A stretch of 32,000 nt of DNA from an uncultured Clostridia bacterium (GCA_934500865.1 CAKSUD010000009.1:1966-33965), one strand, 5' to 3'. Shown: positions 10,423 through 20,212, counted from the stretch's first letter. Notes: generated from the sequence alone by a model not told the origin. Program-made: numbers and translations.

Positions 10423-10839
10423 ATGATAAAAAGTAACAAAGGAAGTACGATATTAATTACACCTATTATTTGGGTAATAACTATATTTATTTTTATATTT
10501 TTTATAGTCTTTGGAATTAGGATAATGGAGCCGTTTATGATATATCAAAAAATGTCTTCTACGGCTCTAAAATATATTTTCGTTATGGAAGAGTTTGGAT
10601 ATTTGAATAAATCAGATGAAAAATCATTAAAGAATGAATTAATTAGTAAAGGATTAAAAAATGAAAATATATTAATTACAGCAACAAATCAATTAAAGGA
10701 TTATGGTGAAGTTATTGAATTAACAGTTATATATCAACATCCATATAAAAAAGTTAGTTTTGATAATTCCTTAATTCCTAGGTATAATGAAGAATTGATG
10801 GAAATATGTGTATCTAAGAAAGGTGTAAGTAAGAGATAA
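10423..10839 (+). CDS. TadE/DUF4320-like pseudopilin candidate
   Basis: 138 aa, starts immediately after the previous stop. N-terminus MIKSNKGSTILITPIIWVITIFIFIFFIVF has the same NKGS leader motif plus a hydrophobic helix. Last gene of the packed operon. Confidence 0.45.
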   Translation: MIKSNKGSTILITPIIWVITIFIFIFFIVFGIRIMEPFMIYQKMSSTALKYIFVMEEFGYLNKSDEKSLKNELISKGLKNENILITATNQLKDYGEVIELTVIYQHPYKKVSFDNSLIPRYNEELMEICVSKKGVSKR

Positions 10840-10906
10840 TATAAAGCTAAATTTTGAAATAAATTTTAAAAAGCAGTTAAGTTATTTAGAAATAAGCCGA
10901 TGTATC

Positions 10907-10950
10907 TTTTGAAAAACAGGAAGAATTTTTAATTTTTCTTTTGTTCAAAA
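10907..10950 (+). other. Long AU-rich RNA hairpin between the Tad operon and the next gene pair (possible weak terminator or processing site)
   Basis: UUUUGAAAAACAGGAAGAA / UUCUUUUGUUCAAAA pair over ~18 bp. Two of the pairs are G-U and form only in the + strand transcript. No clean downstream T-run. Confidence 0.35.
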
Positions 10951-10982
10951 CAGGATGTTAAATTAAAGGAGAGAGGTTTGTT

Positions 10983-11735
10983 ATGGGAAGACGTTTAGCT
11001 TTGTATAGTGATATTTTAGAAAAGATGAGTATTGGTATTGATGAATATACCAACTACTATTCGACGAAGTTAGAAAAATACAGGAAGTTAAGTGAACTAA
11101 AGACTAAATATGAGAATGCCAAGAATGGATATGAGGCTAGTTTAATGATAAGCTATGATGCTGATTCTGAGGATTTTCACGCAAAGAATATCTCAAAAAT
11201 AAAAACAGAGTTGACAGTGCTAAAAAGTAACTTATATCCGATAATGTATAGTAATAACAAAATTAAAAGTACTTTCCAAAGATTATTCTTTGTTCCGTTT
11301 ATTAAAAAGAATAAGCTTACAGGTAATAGAATAGCTGAACTTGAAGAAAGACTTCAAAAGAGTACTGAAGCGTACGAATTCTATAAAAATAAACATGAAT
11401 TAGGATGTAATTACTTAAAAGTTTTAGGATTTGATATGACTACGAAAGATAGTTCAGAGAAAATAAAATTAGCTTTGGATAATGTAATTGGAGAGTTTAA
11501 TAATTTTATAGAATGTGATGCTAAATATTTTGAAGAAGTAAAAACACATGATGATTTTTATAAAATGACAAAATCAGAAATAGAAGATAAAATAGCTGAT
11601 TTTTCTTCAAAAACTTCAAAATTAGGTGAGATAAAAGAAGACTTTGAAGAAAGAAAGCTAGGCTTAGAAAATGTAGTAGATGCAAAGAAACTATTAAATG
11701 ACATAAATCACAGAATAACAGCTGTTATTGACTAA
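10983..11735 (+). CDS. Hypothetical coiled-coil protein (no TM, no signal peptide)
   Basis: 250 aa with AAGGAGAGAGG SD. Sequence is rich in heptad-like K/E/L stretches. I recognise no family. Confidence 0.6.
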   Translation: MGRRLALYSDILEKMSIGIDEYTNYYSTKLEKYRKLSELKTKYENAKNGYEASLMISYDADSEDFHAKNISKIKTELTVLKSNLYPIMYSNNKIKSTFQRLFFVPFIKKNKLTGNRIAELEERLQKSTEAYEFYKNKHELGCNYLKVLGFDMTTKDSSEKIKLALDNVIGEFNNFIECDAKYFEEVKTHDDFYKMTKSEIEDKIADFSSKTSKLGEIKEDFEERKLGLENVVDAKKLLNDINHRITAVID

Positions 11736-11757
11736 TGTTGGATTTGGAGGTATCGGG

Positions 11758-14715
11758 ATGTGGATTGGTATAATAATATCGATTTTTATAATTTTATTAT
11801 TACTATTCCTAATCTCTAGGCCTAGCAAAGTAACTAATAAGCAAGAAGAAAAAGAAAAGAAAGTATACGCGATGCCTAAACAGAGACGATACCCTTGGTT
11901 TTATATCAAGGAGTGTCGTTTTTATGCTGACGGTTCATCGCGTTTTGTGTATTCTGAAAATGAGTTGGATCATTTGGACAGTTCATTAGAAGAAGCGGCT
12001 AAAAAAGGTGATTATGCAAAGGCTATAAAGTTAGCTGATGAGATAATTAAGGCACTTCCGAAAACAGAGAAAGCTTGGATTATAAAAATAAATTCACTTT
12101 TTAATGATGTAATTCAAAACGAAAAATGTTGGAATGAGTTCCTCTCAAGAAAGATTGCAAATGCTTGTTTTGGCTTTTTACAATGCTCTGAAACGGTTTT
12201 AGATAGAAGTTTAACAGTTAAACATACTTTGATACCAACATTATTAAAAAATATCGAAGAACTTATAAAGTATCAAGCTAAAAATGTTACCAAGTATCAT
12301 AATTTTGAAGTATATAATATGCTAATAAACATTTATTATATTCTTCCATATAGGGAAATCCTTGAATTATTAAGTAGTCATTTATTAGAGGATAAAGTAA
12401 GTAAAGAATTTGAAGAAGAAGCATATGTAAAAAATACAATTAAGAGTTTTATCAGTCATGTGGATATGCTTAGAACACGGAATACATCTAGGTTACAAGA
12501 GACTTTTGATGTTAGAAAAATAACAAACTGCACTTTAATAAATGATGAAAAAATGGAAGCTAATATAATTGCGTTTGATTTAAATTTTGAGGCAGGAACG
12601 GATAAAGAAAAAATTCAAGCAAAATTCTTTGATGATAATAATACTGAAATTAGCTTTGGTAGAGTGCCAAGTGAGACGTTTGTTGATATATTTGAGGCTA
12701 AAACAACTAGAGGAGTTACGATAAGAGAAGAAATTGTAATTTTAACTGATATACGAATTGCAAGAGTAGTTGTCTCTATTTATAACGATAAGGCAGATAA
12801 TAATAAAAATAAGAAAGAAATAGAAGAAAAACTAAAAAAACAAGAAAATGAAGTAAAGACTAAAGAAGAAAAAACAAAAAGTGAAAGTGATAATAAATAT
12901 AAAGAGAATAAGGCTGAGCCTAAAAAGGAAATAGAAACAAAGCAGAATCCAAAAGAAAAAGATGAAACTATAGTTGAAACTGTAAAAGAAGAAAATGACT
13001 TAGAAGATGAAAAAGAAGTAGAAGTAAAACAGCAAATGTTGATGTATCCTAGCTTTGAAAATATAGAGGATATTAAAATCAGTAATTCCCAATTCGTTTG
13101 TTTGAAGAAAGATGGCTTAGTTTTATCGGTTGGAGATATAAAATGTTCTGAACAAATATCAACCTGGAAAGACATAAAGAAGGTATATGTAAAAAACAAT
13201 GCAATATATGCTATAAAAGAAGATGGAACGGTAATATATGCAGGAAATACCGAGTATGAGAATGCAGAGTATATTTATTCGTGGGAAAATATAGATAGAT
13301 TGTATTTGGCGGATAAGCATATGTTGGCATTGACTAAAAATGCTACGGTGCGTGCTATTGGCAGTAATGAAAACGGTCAGTGTGAAGTGGATGAATGGTA
13401 CGACATAATAGATTTAGCAGTCGCTTTTCACTCTGTTGGACTTAGCAAAGACGGTAAAGTACATGCAATTGGTGAAAATAATTTTGGTGAGTGTGATGTT
13501 GGCTCATGGCAGGATATTGTTCAAATTGCAGCAGGTAACTTCTATACAGTAGGGCTTACTTCAATGGGAAAAGTTGTTGCAACAGGATTAAATTCTTGTG
13601 GACAGTGTAACGTAAATGATTGGACGAATATAAAAGAAATTTTTGCTTTGGGGAATATGACGATTGGACTTAGATTTGATGGAAGAATTGTGACTACCGG
13701 TAAAACTTCATATAGAGTTGACGATGTGAAGAAATGGAATGCAATAAGGCAGATTATTCTAGCAGATAATAGAATTATTGGAATTGACCAAGATGGGACT
13801 GTTTTTGCGAGCGGAAAGCCATATAGAAACTTTGTAAATGACTCTTGGTTTGGAGTTAAAAAAGTAGTGGCTTGTAATGAACATATTGTTGCTTTGAAAA
13901 ATGATGGAACACTCCTTAGTAATGGCTTGGTGTTTGGACACTTCCTATCAAATGATTTTGGAACTATGCTTGAAATTTATGAAAGCACAGAAGCAAGTAA
14001 GGTTGCTATGCTAAACAGTGATAATGCATTAAATTGTATGAGTAAAAACCAGTCAACGGTCGAAGAAACTACGACATATCCTGTTATATATGGAGTAAAG
14101 AAAGCAGATATAAGTGCAACTCACTTAGTAGCGTTAAAGGAAGACGGAACAGTTTGCTACTATACTTTTGAAGATAAAATGGTTACTAGTGTAAATGAAT
14201 GGGATAGCATAGTTGATGTAAAGGCCGGAAATAACTTTTTTGTAGGATTAAATATTAATGGAAAGGTAATGGCATATGGCGATAATTCTTATGGTCAATG
14301 TAGCGTAAATTCTTGGAACGATGTTGTTATGATAGATGCTGCAGGTGACAGAGTTGGCGCACTTACAATAGATGGAAAGTTACTAATTACAGGTAGAGAC
14401 GAAGCGGGAGAATTTGATTTCTTAAAAACGTTACAAAATGTAAAAAGCTTTGCAATGAGTAACTTACAAACTATGATATTGCAAAATGACGGAACTGTTA
14501 AACTATCATTCCATCCTAGCGGAGTAAGTGTTGAAAGTATCCAAAGTTGGAAGAACATAAGAAAAATTGTGGTAAGGGATAATAACTTCTTAGGATTAAA
14601 AGAAGATGGCACAGTACTTAGTACATTAGAAAATGAGGCGGAAATATCTAAATGGTCAAATATAGATGATATTGAGGCATCAGGAAGCTATACATGGGCA
14701 AAATTAAGAAATTAA
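11758..14715 (+). CDS. Membrane-anchored protein: N-terminal TM, TPR-like helical region, K/E-rich low-complexity linker, two blocks of RCC1/BLIP-II-like beta-propeller repeats
   Basis: The ORF track starts at TTG 11728. I prefer ATG 11758 because GGAGG (11746-11750) sits 7 nt upstream. TM is WIGIIISIFIILLLLFLIS. Repeat signature G-x-N-x-x-G-Q/E-C-x-V-x-x-W occurs at least 4 times (GSNENGQCEVDEW, GENNFGECDVGSW, GLNSCGQCNVNDW, GDNSYGQCSVNSW), spaced by ~37-40-aa blades. Confidence 0.75.
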   Translation: MWIGIIISIFIILLLLFLISRPSKVTNKQEEKEKKVYAMPKQRRYPWFYIKECRFYADGSSRFVYSENELDHLDSSLEEAAKKGDYAKAIKLADEIIKALPKTEKAWIIKINSLFNDVIQNEKCWNEFLSRKIANACFGFLQCSETVLDRSLTVKHTLIPTLLKNIEELIKYQAKNVTKYHNFEVYNMLINIYYILPYREILELLSSHLLEDKVSKEFEEEAYVKNTIKSFISHVDMLRTRNTSRLQETFDVRKITNCTLINDEKMEANIIAFDLNFEAGTDKEKIQAKFFDDNNTEISFGRVPSETFVDIFEAKTTRGVTIREEIVILTDIRIARVVVSIYNDKADNNKNKKEIEEKLKKQENEVKTKEEKTKSESDNKYKENKAEPKKEIETKQNPKEKDETIVETVKEENDLEDEKEVEVKQQMLMYPSFENIEDIKISNSQFVCLKKDGLVLSVGDIKCSEQISTWKDIKKVYVKNNAIYAIKEDGTVIYAGNTEYENAEYIYSWENIDRLYLADKHMLALTKNATVRAIGSNENGQCEVDEWYDIIDLAVAFHSVGLSKDGKVHAIGENNFGECDVGSWQDIVQIAAGNFYTVGLTSMGKVVATGLNSCGQCNVNDWTNIKEIFALGNMTIGLRFDGRIVTTGKTSYRVDDVKKWNAIRQIILADNRIIGIDQDGTVFASGKPYRNFVNDSWFGVKKVVACNEHIVALKNDGTLLSNGLVFGHFLSNDFGTMLEIYESTEASKVAMLNSDNALNCMSKNQSTVEETTTYPVIYGVKKADISATHLVALKEDGTVCYYTFEDKMVTSVNEWDSIVDVKAGNNFFVGLNINGKVMAYGDNSYGQCSVNSWNDVVMIDAAGDRVGALTIDGKLLITGRDEAGEFDFLKTLQNVKSFAMSNLQTMILQNDGTVKLSFHPSGVSVESIQSWKNIRKIVVRDNNFLGLKEDGTVLSTLENEAEISKWSNIDDIEASGSYTWAKLRN

Positions 14716-14757
14716 AGAAAGAAGTTATGCATAAGTGATTGCGTGACTTCTTTTTTT
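14716..14757 (+). terminator. Rho-independent terminator after the RCC1-like gene
   Basis: AGAAAGAAGU...ACUUCUUUUU outer stem plus inner UAUGCA/UGCGUG pairs, followed by T7. Confidence 0.7.
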
Positions 14758-14779
14758 GCACTTAAATTATGGAAACCTA

Positions 14780-14808
14780 TTGACAAAATGTTTTATTATG
14801 GATATAAT
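14780..14808 (+). promoter_or_regulatory. SigA-type promoter of the rplU operon
   Basis: TTGACA (14780-14785), 17-nt spacer, TATAAT (14803-14808). Confidence 0.65.
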
Positions 14809-14814
14809 AATTTA

Positions 14815-14904
14815 GTATTTTGCCGCTTGAAAAAGGTTTTTGAAATTCCGATTGACGGAATACCTGATATCAGCGTGTCCGAATTTAACGGAGGAGGTGT
14901 AGTT
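14815..14904 (+). promoter_or_regulatory. rplU 5' leader (candidate Firmicutes L21 ribosomal-protein leader)
   Basis: ~90-nt UTR with hairpin AUUCCG-auuga-CGGAAU (14845-14861) and a UCCG...CGGA pairing that abuts the GGAGGAGG SD. An L21 autoregulatory leader is described at this position in low-GC Gram-positives. Its identity here was not verified. Confidence 0.4.
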
Positions 14905-15213
14905 ATGTACGCTATTATTGAAACAGGTGGAAAGCAGTACAAAGTAGAACAAGGTGATGTTATTTATGTTGAAAAGCTAAATAATGAAGCAGGTTCAACT
15001 GTTGAATTTGATAAGATTCTTGCTGTTGCTGGAGACACTATGACTGTTGGAAATCCTATTGTTAGTGGAGCTAAAGTTTCTGGAACTGTTTTAGACCATG
15101 GAAAATCAAAGAAAGTTGTTGTATTTAAATACAAGGCTAAGAAGAATGAAAGAAAAAAACAAGGTCACAGACAACTTTATACTAAGGTTCAAATTGACGA
15201 AATCAAGGCTTAA
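14905..15213 (+). CDS. rplU: 50S ribosomal protein L21
   Basis: [18 protein letters not shown]... is a typical L21 N-terminus, with GGAGGAGG SD. The track ORF start at 14743 is an upstream in-frame extension that crosses the terminator and promoter. Confidence 0.95.
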   Translation: MYAIIETGGKQYKVEQGDVIYVEKLNNEAGSTVEFDKILAVAGDTMTVGNPIVSGAKVSGTVLDHGKSKKVVVFKYKAKKNERKKQGHRQLYTKVQIDEIKA

Positions 15214-15228
15214 TAAGGAGCCAATACT

Positions 15229-15558
15229 ATGATAACCATTAATATTAAAAGAAACGAAAAAAACGAAATTGTTTCCTTTTCACTAAACGGGCATGCAGGA
15301 TATGATGTGAATGGGAAAGATATTGTGTGTGCAGCTGTATCGGCTGTTACAAATATGGTACTTATAGGACTTAATGAAAAATTAGGTGTTGACTTAAATT
15401 TTGAGAAATCTGATGGAGGATATTTAAAGGTTGAATTATCGGATAAAACAGAATTTGAGAAAATGAAAAGTGCCCAAGTTTTATTAGAATCAATGGTTAC
15501 AGAGTTTTTAGATATTGAATCGAATTTTAAGAAGTATATATCGGTCAAAGAAAGATAA
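15229..15558 (+). CDS. prp: Ribosomal-processing cysteine protease Prp (YsxB family)
   Basis: 109 aa between rplU and rpmA. His/Cys dyad context LNGHAGY...KDIVCAAVSAV. Confidence 0.9.
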   Translation: MITINIKRNEKNEIVSFSLNGHAGYDVNGKDIVCAAVSAVTNMVLIGLNEKLGVDLNFEKSDGGYLKVELSDKTEFEKMKSAQVLLESMVTEFLDIESNFKKYISVKER

Positions 15559-15576
15559 TAATAGGAGGTGTAAACA

Positions 15577-15861
15577 ATGTTACTTAGAATTGATGTTCAA
15601 TTCTTCGCACATAAAAAAGGTGGCGGAAGCACAAAGAACGGTAGAGACAGTGAGTCAAAAAGACTTGGTGCTAAAAGAGCTGACGGACAATTTGTATTAG
15701 CTGGTAATATCTTAGTAAGACAACGCGGAACAAAGATTTATCCAGGAACAAATGTTATGATTGGTAGTGACGATACATTATTTGCTACAGCAGATGGTAT
15801 TGTTAAGTTTGAAAGAAAAGGTAGAGACAAGAAACAAGTTTCTGTGTATGCTGCTGAATAA
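15577..15861 (+). CDS. rpmA: 50S ribosomal protein L27 with cleavable N-terminal extension
   Basis: [10 protein letters not shown]|[21 protein letters not shown]. This is the Firmicutes-type propeptide ending FF-A, followed by the conserved L27 core. Confidence 0.95.
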   Translation: MLLRIDVQFFAHKKGGGSTKNGRDSESKRLGAKRADGQFVLAGNILVRQRGTKIYPGTNVMIGSDDTLFATADGIVKFERKGRDKKQVSVYAAE

Positions 15862-15870
15862 TGAATTATT

Positions 15871-15905
15871 AAGGAAAGAGGCCGCTACGACCTTTTTCCT
15901 TTTTA
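15871..15905 (+). terminator. Rho-independent terminator or attenuator after rpmA
   Basis: AAGGAAAGAGG / CCUUUUUCCUU stem followed by TTTT. Confidence 0.7.
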
Positions 15906-15917
15906 ATTTATTTGTAA

Positions 15918-17219
<1,302 letters not shown>

Positions 17220-17246
17220 GACCTTTTTTATAAGGAGTTGAATTTT

Positions 17247-18845
17247 ATGGAAGATATTGATGTAGATGCTTTCGCAAAAGAGGCTAAAGAAAAAGTGAAA
17301 GGCAATAAGTTTATAGTAGGTATTGTCTCAGTGCTTGTTCTTTTGGTTGTTGTATTTTTGATATTATTATTAATGACAGTAGGTTATAAAAGAATTTATG
17401 GTGGTGTTTCGGTAAATGGAGTTGCTTTAGGTGGTATGACACTAGAAGAAGCCCAGCAAACACTAAATAACCAATATAAAGACTTAGCATATCTAGATAT
17501 AAGTGTACGATGCAATGATTATAGAAATGATTTTAGGGCTGAAGATATAAGTGCAAGTTTTGATGTTGATTCTGCTGTAAACACAGCATATGCTTATGGG
17601 AGAGACGGCAATTTAATAGATAGAATATTAAATGGACTAAAATGTAGATTTAGTAAGAATGATTTAACGGTTGATGTAAATGTTGACAGAAAAAAAATAG
17701 AATCTGAAATAGCTAAAGTAACTCGTGAAGTTGAAAGTCCTGCTATTGAATGGAGTTATGCTAGAGAAGGAGATAAACTTCTAGTTAAAAATGGTGTTAC
17801 CGGAATTATAGCTGATAAAGAGGCTGCTAGATTAGAAATAATAAGTAAGCTAGATAAGATGGTTAATATGCTAGATAATCCGGTAAATATAAAAACTGAA
17901 GAAGTACATCCTGAAAAAGTAGATATAGATAAGATTCAAAAACAAATAACCAAAAAAGTACAGAACGCGGAATACATCAGTGATACGGGGAATTTAATAG
18001 AACAGATTATAGGTATAGAAATAGAAGATGTTGATCAAGCAAAAAAACTTGCAAATAGTATTACCGAAGAAGGAATGCAGTTTTCAATTCCATTGCTTAT
18101 AACAATGCCTGAGATTACAACTGAAAATGTCCTAGGCGAATTATTTAGAGATAAGTTAAGTACATATACTACATATTTTAATGTTAACGAAGTAGAAAGA
18201 ACGGAAAATGTAAGACTTGCAGCAGAATTTATTGATGATGTAATTCTAATGCCTGGTCAAGAGTTTTCCTATAACAATATCGTAGGTGAAAGAAGTACAG
18301 AAAGAGGATTTAAAACGGCTAAAGTTTATCAGCAAGGTCAAGTGGTAGACGGACTTGGCGGAGGAATTTGTCAAGTATCTTCTACATTATATAATGCCGT
18401 TGTGATGGCAGATTTAGAAGTATTAGAAAGAAAAAATCATAGTTTATCGGTTTCATATGTAAAATTGGGCAGAGATGCAACTGTTGTTTATGGAAGTATA
18501 GACTTTAGATTCAAAAACAGTAGACAGTATCCTATAAAGATATCAAGTAAAATTTCAGGTGGAACATTAACAATAGAAATATATGGATATAATACAAATA
18601 AGACAAGATTAGTAGATATCGAAACAGAAGTAATAGAAGTATTACCGTTTAAGGAACAGGAAATACAAGATGCTACAATGCCGGTTGGAACAAGCAAAAT
18701 TACTACAACAGGACACAAAGGATATAAAGTAAAATCATATAGAGTTACAACCGAAAACGGGGAGGTAGTAGAGAGAAAGTTTATAGCTACGGATACATAT
18801 TCGCCGGTGGCACAAGTTAAAAGAGTTGGAATTGCTGCAAACTAA
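17247..18845 (+). CDS. VanW-domain protein with N-terminal TM and C-terminal G5-like domain (putative VanW-type peptidoglycan L,D-transpeptidase)
   Basis: VanW core motif GLGGGICQVSSTLYNAV. C-terminal TTGHKGYKVKSYRVTTENGEVVERKF resembles G5. I prefer ATG 17247 (AGGAG 9 nt upstream) over the track TTG 17238. Confidence 0.8.
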   Translation: MEDIDVDAFAKEAKEKVKGNKFIVGIVSVLVLLVVVFLILLLMTVGYKRIYGGVSVNGVALGGMTLEEAQQTLNNQYKDLAYLDISVRCNDYRNDFRAEDISASFDVDSAVNTAYAYGRDGNLIDRILNGLKCRFSKNDLTVDVNVDRKKIESEIAKVTREVESPAIEWSYAREGDKLLVKNGVTGIIADKEAARLEIISKLDKMVNMLDNPVNIKTEEVHPEKVDIDKIQKQITKKVQNAEYISDTGNLIEQIIGIEIEDVDQAKKLANSITEEGMQFSIPLLITMPEITTENVLGELFRDKLSTYTTYFNVNEVERTENVRLAAEFIDDVILMPGQEFSYNNIVGERSTERGFKTAKVYQQGQVVDGLGGGICQVSSTLYNAVVMADLEVLERKNHSLSVSYVKLGRDATVVYGSIDFRFKNSRQYPIKISSKISGGTLTIEIYGYNTNKTRLVDIETEVIEVLPFKEQEIQDATMPVGTSKITTTGHKGYKVKSYRVTTENGEVVERKFIATDTYSPVAQVKRVGIAAN

Positions 18846-18875
18846 ATTGCGGAAGTTTATTGGAGGGTTATATAA

Positions 18876-20192
18876 ATGAAAAAAAGAGGGGTAATTGGTG
18901 GCGTTATTGCGATTATTATTTTATCTGCTATTTTGAAGGTTTGGTGGATAAATAATATACCACTTACTCCTCTTTATGATTTTGAGACATTTTATAAAGT
19001 GGCGGTTAATTTATATAATGGAGAAGGATTTACTCTAAATGGCTATCCTTGGGCTTTTCAGTCATATGGTTATCCCCTTATACTAAGTATTTTCTTTAGA
19101 ATAGTTGGAAGTTCGAGTATATTTACCGCAAAAGTTTTTAATGTTATATGTTCTACACTTACATTGCCATTTATTTTCTTAATCATGGATAAGGTGTTTA
19201 ATAAAAAGAGTGTTGTATGGCTTTGCTTTGTAGTGTTTGCCTTTATGCCTAATAATCTTATATATAATAATGTATTGGGTAGTGAGATATTATCAGTGTT
19301 ATTATTTTCAATAATTATATGTATGAATTTATATATGATTGAAAAATATAAGATATGGAATTTTATAATTCAAGGTTTTTTAATCGGAATATTAAGTTTA
19401 GTTAAACCGTTTTTTATGGCATATCCTATTGTTTTAATTTTTATATACTTTATTAAAAATAAAGAACTTAAAAATACGGCAATCATTGGTGTATCCTTAA
19501 TTGTAGGATTTATGTGTGTAATGATTCCATCGACAATAAAGAACTATAAAGCTTTCGGAAAAGCATTTCCTATATCGTATAATGGTGGGTATACATTGTA
19601 TATAAATAATAATAGTATGAATGTTAGAGGAACTTGGATGAATGCTTTTAAGGTTCCGGCAAGTGAGGAATTTAAGCAGAAATTACGTGATGTTGGGTTT
19701 GAATATGATGTTGACCATATAACTGAAAAGACTCAAAATTTAAGAAATGCATACTCGGGAGATATATTTAAAGAAGAAGCAATAAAATGGATAATACAAC
19801 ATCCAGCAGAATTCATTTCATTAGGATGCTTAAGAATAGTTAACGTTTTCTTTGACGGTGCATCTGATGTACAATTGTGGGGGTTTGAAAACTTAGGTCA
19901 AATGACAATTATGCAAAATAGGTTATTTAAGGTATTTATGGGTGTTTCGAATTCGATAATATATGTTATAAGTACATCATTTATATTTGTATTATTGTTA
20001 AATATAAAGAGGATATTTACTAAAAAGGCAGAACTTAGTTTATTAATAGTAACTTGGAGTACGTTATTCTTTTATGCAGTATATTTTGTAATAGAGGGCC
20101 AAGCCAGATATAACTTCCCAACTTTATTTATGCTTTTAATATGTTTTGGTTGGTTATTTGAAAAGGCTGAATTCAAGGATACATCAATATAG
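18876..20192 (+). CDS. Polytopic membrane glycosyltransferase, GT-C fold (GT39/ArnT/PMT-like)
   Basis: 438 aa, about 10-12 TM helices. The first loop (LYDFETFYKVAVNLYNGEGF) resembles the acidic loop of ArnT/PMT_2-type enzymes. By-eye call only. Confidence 0.5.
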   Translation: MKKRGVIGGVIAIIILSAILKVWWINNIPLTPLYDFETFYKVAVNLYNGEGFTLNGYPWAFQSYGYPLILSIFFRIVGSSSIFTAKVFNVICSTLTLPFIFLIMDKVFNKKSVVWLCFVVFAFMPNNLIYNNVLGSEILSVLLFSIIICMNLYMIEKYKIWNFIIQGFLIGILSLVKPFFMAYPIVLIFIYFIKNKELKNTAIIGVSLIVGFMCVMIPSTIKNYKAFGKAFPISYNGGYTLYINNNSMNVRGTWMNAFKVPASEEFKQKLRDVGFEYDVDHITEKTQNLRNAYSGDIFKEEAIKWIIQHPAEFISLGCLRIVNVFFDGASDVQLWGFENLGQMTIMQNRLFKVFMGVSNSIIYVISTSFIFVLLLNIKRIFTKKAELSLLIVTWSTLFFYAVYFVIEGQARYNFPTLFMLLICFGWLFEKAEFKDTSI

Positions 20193-20212
20193 TAGAGGTT
20201 TAGGAGGGCAAA

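Noticed and set aside
12780-13199. 139-aa ORF on the - strand inside the RCC1-like gene
   Set aside because: It lies antisense to the K/E-rich (AAG/GAA-rich) low-complexity linker, whose complement naturally lacks stops and reads as an F/S/L-rich artefact. It has no SD, and the + strand ORF is continuous through it.
14743-14904. Upstream extension of the L21 ORF in the track (156 aa)
   Set aside because: The extension starts inside the upstream terminator and runs through the promoter and leader. Canonical L21 begins at [12 protein letters not shown], which has a GGAGGAGG SD.
15515-15700. 61-aa + strand ORF overlapping the prp 3' end and the rpmA 5' end
   Set aside because: It is out of frame with two conserved genes and lacks an SD.
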